Numbered from the stretch's first letter, positions 47,760 to 61,306 are shown. The stretch: 64,000 bases of DNA from Octopus sinensis (GCF_006345805.1 NC_042997.1:193750001-193814000), one strand, 5' to 3'. The notes: generated by a model from the sequence alone, not told the origin. A program made the numbers and translations.

Positions 47760-48845
47760 GGAAAAGTGTTACTTGTGTCTTGATGGTTCACGCCGGGTAT
47801 CAAAACGTCGACATCATGACTGTTGCTCAATGATCTATGAACATATGAACACTGTAAAAGCTCTGAGACGTGACATGGACATCATGAAACCAATTTCCCC
47901 CTCAAACTGTTATGATCATTGGATGCGTCACCAGTGTGAATGACACTGTATATTTCTTCCCAAATCTGTCTCTGTCAAACTCTTAACTCTGACCAGTTTG
48001 AAATATTTTCAAGAGAGAGTTTACGATTCTGATTGTGGATAAAGAAGACTGCGGGAACATATTTAGCAGTTTTTGGCAAAATATGTATCCTTTTGCCAAG
48101 TTATAACAAAAAGTCAGTGAAATATTTAAAATGTTTACGGTTGGATAGATAGACAAATATAACAAAATAATTTGACAAAAAAATGTGAATTTTTAATTAT
48201 TTTCTGAGATTTTACAAAAACAACAAAAATTTTAAAGTCATATTTTAAATTTGAACAGGACTTCAGACCTAATTAGATGGGTATGTGGAACCGCTGGAGA
48301 CTGTAGCCAAACCATGGCCCTAGAGGGTTGCCACTGGAAACCATATGTGTAGCAGCCGGATTCGACTCGTTGCCATAACTCCAGAAAGAGTCGGTGGTGG
48401 TCGGAGAATTTCTATGACTTCACCAACCCCAATTTCTGGTTTCCTAATTCTACCCAGTTGTTGAGAAAGACACCTAGGTTAATTGGAAACATAGATTGCC
48501 ATGCTACTCATAAACCATCTCGGTAGTTCAATTATTTGGTGAAAAAGTACCAACTAGGCGACTTAAACCGTCCAAAGGACGGGTGCGTTTGCTAGTTTAG
48601 TATATAATTTGGAGACAAAATAACCTTAATGTAAAAAATATTTTGTATTTCAAAATACTTGCGAATTTGAAATAGCATGTCTCAATGCGGAAAGGTAGCC
48701 AAGCAGGTGACCAAGCAGGTGGCCAAGCTAGAAGTGTTCGTAAACCTTCACAAGGACACAATGAGGAACACATGCGCCAGTTTCCAGAGCCGCCTAGAGG
48801 CCGTAATGGAAACTGAGGGCAGCTACTTATGTCCCAGCTACTGTT
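47760..48845 (+). pseudogene. maT/DD37D-like (Tc1/mariner superfamily) transposase relic with insertions
   Basis: Fragments ..TVMIIGCVTS.., ..ETVAKPW..VATG.., ENFYDFT.PNFW..NS, VEKDT, EVFVNLHKDTMRNTCASFQSRLEAVMETEGSY lie in the expected order. Confidence 0.55.
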
Positions 48846-48999
48846 ATGTCCCAGCTACTGTTATGTCCCAGCCATAATCTTGTTGATACCTTTTGATTTT
48901 TGTAAAAATGCTTTTGTTTTTGGATGAGATATATTTAGTTTTCCTTAAATGCAAACTGTCAGATTTATTCAGACAAAATGGTATATGTCTGTGTGTGCG

Positions 49000-49855
49000 T
49001 GTGTATGCGTGTGTGCGTGCGCGTGTGTGTGCGTGTATGTGCCTGTGCATGTGTATGTATGCGTGTGTCTGTGTTTGTCCCCCCAACATCGCTTGACAAC
49101 CGATGCTGGTCTGTTTACGTTCCCGTAACTTAGCGGTTCGGCAAAAGAGACCGATATAATAAGTACTAGGCTTACAAAGAATAAGTCCTGAGGTCGATTT
49201 GCTCTCGACTAAAGACGGTGCTCCAGCATGGTCACAGTCAAATGACTGAAACAAGTAAAAGAGTAACAGAGATATGAGCAAGACAAAACATAGACAGACA
49301 GCTATGAATGGCAATAATTTATCTGGAGACTGGTTGATTCTATAATGCATATTATGCAAACATGCGTATATAATGAGGCAATAAGTAACACAGAGAATAA
49401 GCAAAAATATCTTCAGCTCGCATAAAGTACCGTGATATACAAATATCTTCAAGCTGGAAGTATCGAATATTTTCGTCGGAATGATGAGTGGCAAACGTAC
49501 ATACATGTCTAAGATTGCGTGAATGATTTTATATATATGGAGTGACTGTTTGGTAAGTTGCTTGCTTATCAGTCACATCGTTCCTGGTTCAGTCCCACTG
49601 CGTGGCACCTTGGGCAACGGTCTTCTTCTATAGCCTTGGGCCGACCAAAGACTTGTGAGTGGTTTTGGTAGACGATAACTGAAAGATGTATGTGTGTGTG
49701 TTTGACCTCCCAACATCGCTTGACAACGATTGGTGTGTTTACGTCCTCGTAACTTAGCGGTTCAGCAAAAGAGACCAATAGAGTAAATACAAGGCTTACA
49801 AAGAATAAGTTCTGGGGTCGATTTCCTAGACTCCATCATGGCCACAGTCAAATTA
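49000..49855 (+). mobile_element. Two SINE B copies (3' half ~49000-49265; diverged full copy ~49540-49855)
   Basis: B diagnostic segments. Confidence 0.82.
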
Positions 49856-50645
49856 GGTTCTGAGTTTAAATATGGCCGAAGTCGACTTTGCCTTTCATCC
49901 TTCCGGGGTTAATAAATTAAGTACCAGTTGCGTACTAGGGATCGATATAATCGACTGGCCCCTCCCCAAACATTTTGGGCCTTGTGCCTAGAGTAGAGAA
50001 GATTATTTAAAAAGCGACGAGCTGGCAGAATCGTTAGCGCGCCCGGTAAAATGCTTAGTGGCATTTCGTCCGTCTTAAAGACGTTCTTAGTTCAAATTCT
50101 GCCGAGGTCGGCTTTGCCTTTCATCCTTTCGAGGTCGATAAAATAAGTACCAGTTAAACATTGGAGATCGATGCAATCGACTTATCCCCTCCCCAAAATT
50201 GCTGCCCTTGTGGCAAAATTTGAAACCATTGTTATTTTTAAGGCGGCGAGCTGGCAGAATCGTTAGCGCGCTGTGCATAATGCTTAGCGGCATTTTGTCT
50301 GTCTTTATGTTCTGAGTTCAAATCCCGACGAGGTCGACTTTACCATCCATCCTTTCGGTGTCGATAAAATAAGTACCAGTTGAACACTCAGGTCTATATA
50401 ATCGACATACCCCTCCCACGAAATTGCTGGCCTTGTGGTAAAATTTAAAATCATTATTATTATAAAAGAAAATGCTTAGTGACATTTCGTCCATCTTTAC
50501 GTTCTGAGTTCAAATTCCACCGATGTCGACTTTGCTTTTTATACTTTCAGGGTCGATAGAATAAGTACCAGTTGAACACTGGGGTCGATGTAATCGACTT
50601 ACCCCCTCTCCGAAGTTGCTGGCCTTGCGCCAAAATTTGAAAGCA
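49855..50645 (+). mobile_element. Head-to-tail cluster of four older SINE A units
   Basis: Repeated GAGTTCAAAT..GTCGACTTTGCC..AAGTACCAGTT..CCTTGTG units. Confidence 0.82.
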
Positions 50646-50854
50646 GATTTTCAATTGACTGGATTAAAATGGTGGGAAATGAAGTGTGTTACATAAGGAC
50701 ACCAAGTGCCTGCCAGTTTGGAGAATCGAACCCAGAACCTAACGATCATCATCCCATCACCAAACCCCTCCACCACATACCTTACATAGTTATCTGTGAG
50801 TGTGTTTACGAAAGTAAATCTATTGTACATTCACACACATACACACACACACGC

Positions 50855-50911
<57 letters not shown>

Positions 50912-51110
50912 TGTATGTATATGTGTATGATAAATAAATACTGTATATGTGTAAGTTAAGAAAAAAACTACAAAGACTTAGTTAAAATGATTTCCAAACC
51001 GATAATTGATTTCTCTGAGGAAGAATAAAAAAATATTTGAAGTGCTAAAAAAAAAAAATTTCAGAAAATATCTTGCTAAAATGAAATTATTATTAAAAAG
51101 CATAACAGTA

Positions 51111-51153
<43 letters not shown>

Positions 51154-51479
51154 CGATGATGATGATGATGAAGATGATGATGATGGTGGTGGTGATGATG
51201 ATGATAGAGAAAAGAAAATATGAAGAACGGAACTGTAAAATGTTTTAAAATTTTGTTTTGCACCAGAGTATAAAGTTTCTTTGAATATGTATATAACTTG
51301 ATTGATCTAATATTTTCTATAACTTCTAGACGTTCGATCTGTGACTGAGTACAGCATCTTATATTTTAACATATTGACTAAAACATAGCTCGCTCTACGG
51401 TCGGATTCTCAGAGAAGATATCTAAGTTCGGAAAATCGGTTCTGATTTAAGCACAAGGTCTGCAATCTTCAGAGATTGT

Positions 51480-52385
51480 TCTTTGCTGTTGAGACCAAGT
51501 CTTGATTGGTACCTTATTTTATCGGCCCCAGAGGAATGAAAGGCAAGGTTGTCCTTGGCGAGATTTGAACTCGTCTTGACTCAAGACTATTGAAAAGGTT
51601 ACAAGACACAACGAAAATTTTAGGGAAATAAAAATAAGAAATAAGTGGAAATTTTACCGGTGAGTGTGTTACATTGTAAGGCACAAAAAGGAAATGACTC
51701 TCCCCAGACACAACAGAATATGCTTCAACACACGAACTCATATAAAGAATCTTGCAAACCAAATCCCAAAACGAAATTTAATATTAGTTTTTATCCATAA
51801 ACCACAACACCTGAATTTTGGGCAGTCCTCAACTTGTACTTATCGACCTCGAGAGGATGAAAGGCAAAGTCGACCTCAGTGGAATTTGAACTCAGAACGT
51901 AAAGACAGACGAAATACAGCCAAGCATTTTCCCGGTATTTTTCTGCAATCTCACCACCTATATTATGTTCTAATAATCCTTTCTTTTATAGGCACAAGGT
52001 CTGACATCTGGGAAGAGGGGAGGGGGTAATCGATTTCATTGACCCTAGTAACTTATTGGTACTTATTTTATCGACTCTGAGATGATGAAGGGCAAAGCCG
52101 ACCTCAGAGTAATTTGAACTCAGAACGTAAAGACGATTCTGCTAACGATCCTGCAAACTCACTGCTTATTACTAACAATAATCCCATCTGCTATAATTTC
52201 GAGGAAAGGGGTAAGTTGATCACATCGACCCCACTGTTCAACTGATACTTATTTCATTGCCCCCATAAATGATGAAAGGCAAAGTAGATTTAGGCGGAAT
52301 TTGAACTCAGAACTATAAAGACGGACGAAATGCCGCTAAGCATTTTGCCCGGCCTGCTAACGATTCTGCCAGCTCGTCGCCTTGT
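51480..52385 (-). mobile_element. Cluster of older SINE A units, opposite orientation to 49855-50645
   Basis: Same diagnostic motifs on the minus strand. Confidence 0.78.
51598..51780. mobile_element. Short retroposon, copy 3, un-rearranged reference copy
   Basis: Colinear a-b-c version of the elements at 7469 and 23214. Confidence 0.75.
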
Positions 52386-52454
52386 ACATACTCTAACAAT
52401 AGAAACAAATCGTACTTATATGAATTTGATACATACCATTATATATACTTCGTG

Positions 52455-52468
52455 TTATCTATCTATCT

Positions 52469-52510
<42 letters not shown>

Positions 52511-52552
52511 GATATAGATATATATATTATGTATGTATATATATTATGTATG

Positions 52553-52592
<40 letters not shown>

Positions 52593-52641
52593 TACATATA
52601 CATATACATATACATATATATATATATATATACACACACAC

Positions 52642-52698
<57 letters not shown>

Positions 52699-52720
52699 CA
52701 TGTATGTATGCATGTATGAC
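52455..52720. repeat. (TAGA)n/(TA)n/(TG)n microsatellites
   Basis: Direct reading. Confidence 0.93.
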
Positions 52721-53542
52721 CAACTTCCACACAGTTTCCGTCTACCAAACTCACAAGATTTGGGTCGATTCGAGAATCAAATTGAAAACATTCTCTCAAG
52801 GTGCTGTGAAGTTTAACTGAACCCAGAACCATGTAGTTACAAACTTCTTAACCGAACAACCTTATCCGTTTATTTTTTAGACGGTTGTGTATAGTTTGGC
52901 AGGGAGATTTGGCTTCTGTTTCTATATTGACTACGTACAGGCTTCCTCTATTAACTTTCAATGCCACAAGCTAGGATCCATGTAATATGTCGTTCTTGAC
53001 TCTTCGTATATGTATTTTAATGATATTTTTGCACAAAATACAACCACCCACGCTAGAAATGTTCATACACGCAAAGACACCGATAGAGATACACGATATC
53101 TCTCTCTCACACACACACTCACACACGCACATACATATACACATATGCACACACGTGTGCGCGTACGCACACAAGCATGTATATGCGCATACACCATAAA
53201 CACAAGCTCATAGAGAGAACTACATTCACACGTGCATACACGCCGTTTACGTGACAGGTAGAAAAACTACATTACTGAATTATGTCAGTAAACAGAAATA
53301 TTACTTCATTTCATTGGTTATACAAACTTGATTATAATATCACTGATATCTCTATTAACCATTTGATAAATAGAATTTACTGATCGAACGAACTGATAAA
53401 TGCAATTTACAAACAATTTTCGTTTGAAACAAAGTTTTTCATTCGAAATTAGACATTTTAAATCGTTTGTTTTTTCTTTCGTGTAAATTCAAAATGGAAA
53501 CTACAAACTGGGTTCACCTTCCTTTTCTTGCAAATCGCTATA

Positions 53543-53754
53543 CTCTTTGCTCTTTTACTTGTTTCAGTCATTTGACTGTGGCCATGCTGGAGCACCGCCT
53601 TTAGTCGAGCAAATCGACCCCAGGACTTATTCTTTGTAAGCCCAGTACTTATTCTATCGGTCTCTTTTGCCGAACCGCTAAGTGACGGGGACATAAACAC
53701 ACCAGCATCGGTTGTCAATCGATGCTAGGGGGACAAACACAGACACACAAACAT

Positions 53755-53787
<33 letters not shown>

Positions 53788-53961
53788 CATATATACGACA
53801 GGCTTCTTTCAGTTTCCGCCTACCGAATCCACTCACAAGGCATTGGTCGGCCCGAGGCTATAGTAGAAGACACTTGCCCAAGGTGCCACGCAGTGGGACT
53901 GAACCCGGAACCATGTGGTTGGTAAGCCAGCAACTTACCACACAGCCACTCCTGCGCCTAT
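53543..53961 (-). mobile_element. SINE B full length
   Basis: All B segments. Confidence 0.92.
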
Positions 53962-54988
53962 AAACTTTTGGTTCTTTTTTTTTTTTTCTAAACCTTCGTG
54001 TTTATCGGCACATAACACCGATTCTGATGCTCGATCCATCAAATCAAGAGTTATTCCATCCTACGTTAGAATGCATGAACATCTTTTTATGACTAGTGCG
54101 GTGTAATAAGTCATATTTAAGTGTTTGCTTGGTGTTGTCAAGTTATTATACACAGCTTTCAGAAAACTAACCGTTTACTCATTCCAGGAGCATTGACACT
54201 CTCAACTCCCAAGCAACAATTGGTAACCGACGAAGTTTCCTTATGGCCACAACCACATTTGTTAATCAATCCTACCACTTTTCATACTTCGAATTATTTT
54301 TCTCAACGATTTCTCCATGTTTAGGAGAAGATAGGGTTACTCCCCACTCTTGATACATTTTAATCGTTATGCATCCTAAATACGTTCATGCATACACATT
54401 GGCTTTTAATAGCCTACAAAATAATATTCATTGCACAATATAATTTTTATTGATGAAAATAAACCAGCATTTCCCAAGATTTCACTTTAATTCAACTTTC
54501 TATCGAGGACGCTTCGAAGCCCAAAATAGTGGATGGTAATCGGTAATACTTGAAGGTCGAAAACTTCTCGCACTCCAAATGACTCAAAGTGGAAAATCAG
54601 CGATAAAAAACCTCTGCATTTGCATTTTTTCCAGCGGAAAAAACTTTTGTTCATAGTATGTAACAGTAATTGAGACGACTGAGCATCAATATTCATTCAG
54701 TATTTGTAGAAGGTTCATTGTTCGAAGGTGTATTTGATCTTCACTATATATGCCGCATTCAGTCATTGCGTAAGATGGCTGTCGAGCGTGAATAGTTATT
54801 ACGACGGTGCGTACGAGGTCGTTAGCTTTTGTGGTGGTTCAGGGTGACCGATTTTTGTTCGAAGGTCTAGGGTTTCCCTTAGTTCTACTAAAGAGTGCTG
54901 TAAATAAAAACACAAATCATGTATGCATTTCCAATTCTACAAACAAACACCGATCACACAGTATTTAAATTACTTAAATTAAATTAAT

Positions 54989-55312
54989 AACAAGGGCATT
55001 CAGAGAGTGCAAACCTCCACCAAGGCAACACCAATGTCCTCTCAATGATTAGCCAGAGATAATTTTTAAAATAAGAATGTCTGAAATAACCTCAACTGCT
55101 CTCACAAACGAGAATACTAAAATTGAACCCGACCGCTCTCAAAAATTTAGTGAAAAAAGCGGAAAAATAATCCAGAATCCTTGTTCGGTGCCGGATAGAT
55201 CCCAAATTATTATCGGTTCGTGCCAGTCACGAGGAGAAATAGCCCCGAACGGTTCTTGAGATATCTTGTCCACGGACAAACAAAGACGCTTTTACTAAGG
55301 TGGAGGTAATAA
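54989..55312 (-). mobile_element. HINE/DINE-1-like element, second copy
   Basis: Reverse-complement homolog of 43949-44343 with the same subterminal repeats and hairpin. Confidence 0.8.
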
Positions 55313-56249
55313 TAATATTGATATTGACAATGATGATGAAGATTACTCTCCGTTGCTGCCCTCGATCTTTTGCAAAAAGCCGCAATGGTTAGCTTAAATC
55401 CCGAAGCGAGAGCTGCAAGCACGAGGGGCTGGAATGAGAGTAAGAAACAGTTAAAAAACGAACTAACATGACGCTTATGAATATCAGTGCTTATACATCG
55501 CTTTTGCATTCTATAATTTTGTAATCGTTGTAATTTTTATTCCTTTTCCTTCCTTCCCCCTTTTCCACACTTTTTTTTTTAAACCTTTAATTTTCTCTTC
55601 TTTTTTGTGTCTTTGTGTTTACTTATTTCTTTATTTTTTTCTGGTGTTTAATTTTGGCACACCTCAAATTCTTCAGTTTATTTTCCCTCTTCCATGTTTT
55701 AATGCCCCCACTTTTCTATTTATCGCTCTTCTACTACATGATGGCCTGACTGGACTTTGCACTGGCGGTCTGTTAAAGGGAAGGAAAAACAAAGGGAAAT
55801 TAATTAAAAAGTTTTGAGTCGTGCAACGAGTAACCAGGATATCAGCATGGTTAAACGTTTCGTCACACCCTACTAGCCTTCGTCTTCTCGCTCCCCACCT
55901 CCTCCATTACATTTTAGGGATGGGGGGGGGTTAACTCGTATCCCCCTATTTCTCCCCCAACTCCTTCCACCGTCAGATTGGGCCGGTATTAGTCTTGCTC
56001 ATCACTTTATTCATCCCACAACTCCCGTAATAGCCAGCCTACCACCATCGCCTCCTGCACCCCCCCCCAGCCGAACCCCCCAAAGATCTTCATCCAGCTC
56101 CCCTTTCTACGTCCATCGCTAACCTTCCCCCACCTCCTCTTATTCACCCCACCACTCCCGTTACAACTAGCCTGTCTGCATCGGCTCCTGCACTCCACTC
56201 GAATCCCACTACCAGAGTTGATATTGTTCACTCAGCTACCCCATCTACC

Positions 56250-58204
56250 TCCAGCACCACTACAGTCAGTTCACCTCCAAGTTGTGTTCTTTGCACCCGT
56301 GCAAGTCGCTACTTGAAGACCATCAAATGCCACTTATTTCTTGATTGCTCACAAAGGGCTAAACATAGAGGGGACAAACAAGGATAGATAAAGGGATTAA
56401 GTCAATGACATTGACCCCAGTGCGCAACTGGTACTTTATTTATCGACTCCGTTTCTGCCAACTCGTCGCCCTCTTGCATAGTCTAAGTAACAACAAGAGC
56501 TGCGTCGGCATTTCTAAGGCTCAAGCCGAAAGTTTTCTAACTGGACATGCAACCGATAACACTCCTGCTCTGACATCCTTAGTAGGACAGACCCTTGCTC
56601 TGAAGTCAAGATCCCTGTTAAAGATTTTGTCGCCGCCCTCCAGGGTTTGTCAATCGGATCCCCAAGTGTGCTCGCACTTGTTTCGCCCGTGTTCTCTCGA
56701 AATTTCTGAAGAACGTCTGCCTATCCAACAACACCTCGGACTGGCAGAAACTTTTCCTATTCACTTTGGTCTCCCTCCACGTAACGAATGGGAATAGTGG
56801 ATCCCTCATTTCTTCCCTGAAACGGCAGTTCGAGCTGTTCGAATCTACCCCAATCACTGTTCAACTCAGGTCAGTCATCAACTCAACCCCAAACAATGGT
56901 TGACCACCTAACTTAAAGAAGGCTGTTAGTGCTAAATTCAGCGAATTTGACAGTAAAGGCCTGTTCGTCTTCTTCCTTTTCTGTCCTCCCGTGTCCCGTG
57001 TACCACAGACTCCCTCAACCAACTGAAAGAGAAACATTCTCCGGCCCCTCCACCTTTTCAACATCCCATCTTTTCAACAATCCATCTTCACCCCTGACAA
57101 TGTCAAAAGGGCAACTGACTCTTTTCCAACAGATTCTGGCGCTGGGATCGATGGCTTACGACCTCACCATCTCAAGGATGGTGTCTCCCTGTCCGGTGGT
57201 GATGCTGAGTTCGGACTCTTGGAGAACCTAACTTGTTCTCGTCCGAGAGTGCCCTTGCCTACATTCATCCCCTGTTCTTTGGGGCCAGAGTACTTGGTCT
57301 CACCAAGCTTAACGGTGACCGCCACCCCATAGCAGTCGGTTGTACTCTGCGACGGCTCACAGCAAAAGTGTGCCTACCCTCAGTTTCTAACTGCCTGACC
57401 GAGGAATTTTCCTCTATTCAGCTAGAAGTGGGTACTAAGCTAGGTTGTGAGGCTGCTGCTCATGCCACCAGGGCTTTCACCATCTTGCCCTCTGAGTCTC
57501 CAAAGGTCATCCTCAAACTTGACCTTAAGAATACTTTTAAGTCCATCAGTCGAGACGCCAGCCTCCGCTTTCGAGTCCATTTTCCGATCCAAATGGCTAA
57601 CCATGAACAGCTTTTAAAAAACCTTGAGGTAACTGAGTCCAACCAAGAGTTTTTTTTATACTTAGGAATTACTTGTCAATTCCTAAACTATTGTATTTTC
57701 TGTAAGTTTGTTCCTCTTCGCTCGTCACACCGAGCAAAACCTAATGATTGGCTCAGATTAATATCGCAGTTTAAGTTCTAGAGCCGTCGGGGTTAACCAG
57801 AAGTGATGGAAAAAGACCAGATGGTCTTACCCTCTATCCCTGGGTTACAGATGGGTGCCTCATAGGTGCCCACATCCTAGAGGCTGCAGTTAATGGGGCG
57901 GGGGGTCACTGATTCCGTAGCCGAACAGAAGAAAACCCTGAAGTATCGGGACCCGACAGTAAACTATCTTTTCCAACCCGTGGCGTTTGAGACGTTCGGA
58001 AGGACTGGGCCACTAACCACGAAATCCTTGTCAACATTGGCAGCTCGCCTCACCGAGGTGTCAGGTGATGTCCGTGAGGGCGCTTGGCTTTCCCAACGCC
58101 TTAGCCTCGCCATCACCTGAGGTAATGCTGCGATCGTGCTGGCTTACTTCAGTAGGTTCCGTTAAACCTTGTGGTGTATGACCAGTAGCTGTGATAAAAA
58201 AAAA
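56250..58204 (+). pseudogene. CRE-like non-LTR retrotransposon relic (RT + restriction-like endonuclease), internally deleted, poly(A) tail
   Basis: ..LKEKHS..SFPTDSGAGIDGLRPHHLKD..HPLFFGARVLGLTK..RHPIAVGCTLRRLTAK..GTKLGCEAAAHATR..KLDLKNTF (RT N-half); [21 protein letters not shown] and AEQKKTLKY..FQPVAFETFG..QRLSLAIT*GNAA (RLE); A9 at 58196-58204. Confidence 0.8.
56333..56471 (-). mobile_element. Internally deleted SINE A inside the CRE-like element
   Basis: A tail and A head joined by a deletion. Confidence 0.78.
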
Positions 58205-58559
58205 TTCTCCACAAATGGTTTCAATACAGTTTTGAAAGAAGGATTTGGAAGAGTTTCAATACAGTTTGACAGAAAGATTTGGATGAGGGTTCTCTGGTGA
58301 TTTTCTTTCATGTAAATAAATGTTTATGTTAATTTAAAAATTTGCCAGCATTCCTTAATCTCTTTTCCCTCTCCCTCTTATCTCTTAATCTCTATTGCTT
58401 TCCTTCTTCACCTCCCTTGTATCATGTTTCTCTCTCTCCCTCTCTCCCATTTTGTGACCCCCCCACCTCTTATTATTTGGTCTCTCTGATTTCTTTCCCC
58501 TCTCTCCTATTCCTTAGTCCCTCTTCCTTCTTCAACTCCTCCCCTCCTCTACCGCGTGA

Positions 58560-59135
58560 TCGCAATCCGGTTTATGCATTGTCGTTCCTTTTCGGCTGAC
58601 CGCCTTTGAAGTCAGTCGCATCTGTTCTGTTCTGTCTCGCCACCCGGTCAGTTAAGATTTTTCCTTTTCCCTTGCGCTAGCTTACTACACTGTCTGATTG
58701 TCGAAAGACTCTGTATAGCCGAAAGGCTTTTGTCCATTGTATATGTATAATTCTATTTCTCATGTTACGCTTGCCAGATAATCGAAAAACCATTTCTGTT
58801 TGTTATTCCCTTGTGTTTGTATATGTATATTCGTTTGCCTTGGTCAGGGGTTTAATGCCTTCAGCTTAAGCCCTTGGCCCAGCCGTTTCGAGTAGTATCG
58901 GAGAGGATTGGGTGAAACTACTTGGACATTGCAGACTCCGACAGAAGAAGCAATTGGCTGCGAATAATCCGTGTATCTTGTTTTGTTCTGTTTGCCGTTG
59001 TTGTGCTTATCGTCCTTTTCCTGCTTGTTATATTTTGACGATTTCGTTTTTGTATTTGGTTTGCCAGATTCTTTATTTGAATTCGTGTATTGAAACTTAT
59101 TTTATTGTCTGGGCAAAGTGTGTTAATAAGGCATT
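58560..59135 (+). mobile_element. Unclassified repeat (Penelope pLTR-like); its 3' end is related to the inversion-prone family
   Basis: 59040-59110 aligns to the reverse complement of 51700-51780, then switches to the forward a/b junction; 58853-58885 resembles 28740-28780. Confidence 0.4.
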
Positions 59136-59559
59136 AAAACAGACTCAATAGAATATGTATATGTGTGTGTGTGTGCTTGTGTGTATGTGCATATATATAT
59201 ATATGTATGTATGTGTGTGTGTGTGTGTTTGTGTGTGTATCTATAAATATGATTATATGTATATATATATATATATTTATATAATAATAATATTAGGGAG
59301 TATAACTTCAAACTTACATCTAGGTAAATGTTTTATCATATATTTTTTTCTATATGGTATGATTTACGTCTATCATTGTTTGAATTACATAATAGTGGTT
59401 TTTCTCTAATTTATATATATGTATATATATATATATATATGTTTGTGTGTATGCATATATATATGTGTGTGTGTGTTTATATATGCATATATACATGTAT
59501 ATATATGTGTGTATATGTATGTATATGTGAGTGCGCTCCGTGCGCGCGCGCGTGTGTAT

Positions 59560-59717
59560 ACATCGTTCTTTCAGTTTCCGTTTACTAAATTTACTCACAA
59601 GGCTTTGGTCTGCCCGAGGCCATAGTAGAAGACACTTGCCGAAGGTGCCACGCAGTGGGACTGAACCCGGAACCACGTAGTTGGGAAGCAAACTTCTTAC
59701 CACACAGCCACGCCTGT
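59560..59717 (-). mobile_element. SINE B 5' half
   Basis: Head and CORE-like segment. Confidence 0.85.
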
Positions 59718-59960
59718 CCCTATAGTTTTTGTAGACATGGTGTGATCGAAGGAGTTGCTGTCCAGCTGCAGAAATAATATGTGTTAGAGAAGGAATTCCA
59801 GAGAACCGACGTTAAAAGGAGAAAGAACAGGGCAGAGAGATTCGTGCGGAGCCAGACAAATCCAGAGTGGATAAGGGTAACAAGGGCAAGAGAGATGGGT
59901 GTGTCGGGTAGGTTTGAATGGAAGGATGGTGGCACAAGGTTAAATAACACCCAGAAGTAG
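59718..59960 (-). pseudogene. CR1/L2-group LINE ORF2 C-terminal relic
   Basis: ..LFNLVPP..RTNLSALFF..TSVLWNSF.. resembles the RT..SFF.RT..LWNSLP terminus. Confidence 0.45.
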
Positions 59961-59964
59961 AGGT

Positions 59965-60420
59965 CATTGTAGTAGTAGTAGTAGTAGCAGCAGCAACAGC
60001 AGCAGTAGTAGTGGTAGCAATAATGATGGTAGTGGTAGTGGTGACGGTAGTAGTAGAAGTAGTAGTAGTAGTTGTTGTAATGGTGGTACTGGTAGTGGTA
60101 GCAATAATGATGGTGGTAGTAGTACTAGTGGTAGTGATCACGATAGTAGTAGTAGTAGTAGTAGCAGCAGCAGCAGTAATAGTAGTAATAGTAATGGTAG
60201 TAGTAGTATTAGTAATGACAGTGGTGGTTGTAGTAGTAGTATTAGTAATGACAGTGGTGGTTGTAGTAGTAGTAGTAGTAGTAGTAGTAATGGTAGTAGT
60301 AGTATTAGTAATGACAGTGGTGGTGGTAGTTGTAGTAGTAGTAGTAGTAGTAGCAATACTGATAGTAGTAAGGGTCGTGGTAGTAGTAGTAGGTGGTGGT
60401 GGTGGTGGTGGTGGTGGTGA
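59965..60420. repeat. (TAG)/(TGG)/(CAG) compound trinucleotide array with internal block duplications
   Basis: Block TAGTAGTATTAGTAATGACAGTGGTGG occurs three times. Confidence 0.9.
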
Positions 60421-60590
60421 AGTGGAGGAGGAGTTCTGTAAGCGAGCACATCTGTGGGCCAGAGGTCGGAGTGAGTTGGCGTGCGACTTCGGAGTCAATC
60501 TGCCGAATGGCGTGCCCTTCGTTTTTCGGCGAGAGAAGAAAGGGGGGAAAAAAAGGGCCAGTAGTCCCAGCTCCCTGTATCTGAGGTAGC

Positions 60591-60624
<34 letters not shown>

Positions 60625-60994
60625 GCCGTCGCCGTCCCAGATGGGAGGCAGCGGAGCAAGGTTCCACAGCGACTCTCTCTCAATTGAACACAACATAAGG
60701 GTTACTAACGTTTTCCTCATCAGATTAAGATGTGTTTTTCATTTAAATGTCAGATGCTTATTAGCTTCTTAGTTCTACTGTCAAAGAAAGATGCCAGATA
60801 AAAGAAAAGAATTCTTACATTGGCAAAGTTAAACGATCAAGTAGAAAGATAAAAGGGAGAAATATGGAGGAAAGGTTGGCGATGGAGTTGGTGGTGGACG
60901 GAGGCGGGTAGAGGTGGGCGGAGATATACACTGCTCTTCATTTAAGCACATCCGCTCAAACATATGCAAAAGCAAACACGCATGCGCACACCTA

Positions 60995-61057
60995 TAGATA
61001 CAACTACATACACACACACACACACACACATGTATATATGTATCATATGTATAAAAG

Positions 61058-61131
<74 letters not shown>

Positions 61132-61273
61132 ATGTATATATATGTATATATAGACACACAAACGTATGCACAAGCACACACATACATATATGTATGCATA
61201 TGTATAAAAGTATGTATGTATATGTGTGTGTGTATATATATATAGGAGACCAAGTGTACGTACGCCGGCAATA

Positions 61274-61306
<33 letters not shown>

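Noticed and set aside
55845-55892. Minus-strand GACGAAGG..GACGAAACGTT as a hammerhead
   Set aside because: CUG is replaced by AAG, stem II is mismatched and stem I is absent.
58690-58740. Two GAAA-capped hairpins (GTC-GAAA-GAC, AGCC-GAAA-GGCT) as a ribozyme
   Set aside because: I could not assemble a consistent hammerhead, HDV or twister fold; the stems are too short to be significant.
59812-60720. 302-aa Thr-rich 'mucin-like' ORF as a gene
   Set aside because: The frame runs through a stop-free trinucleotide array and into a LINE relic; there is no splice or homology support. Only the unique part is kept as a low-interest finding.
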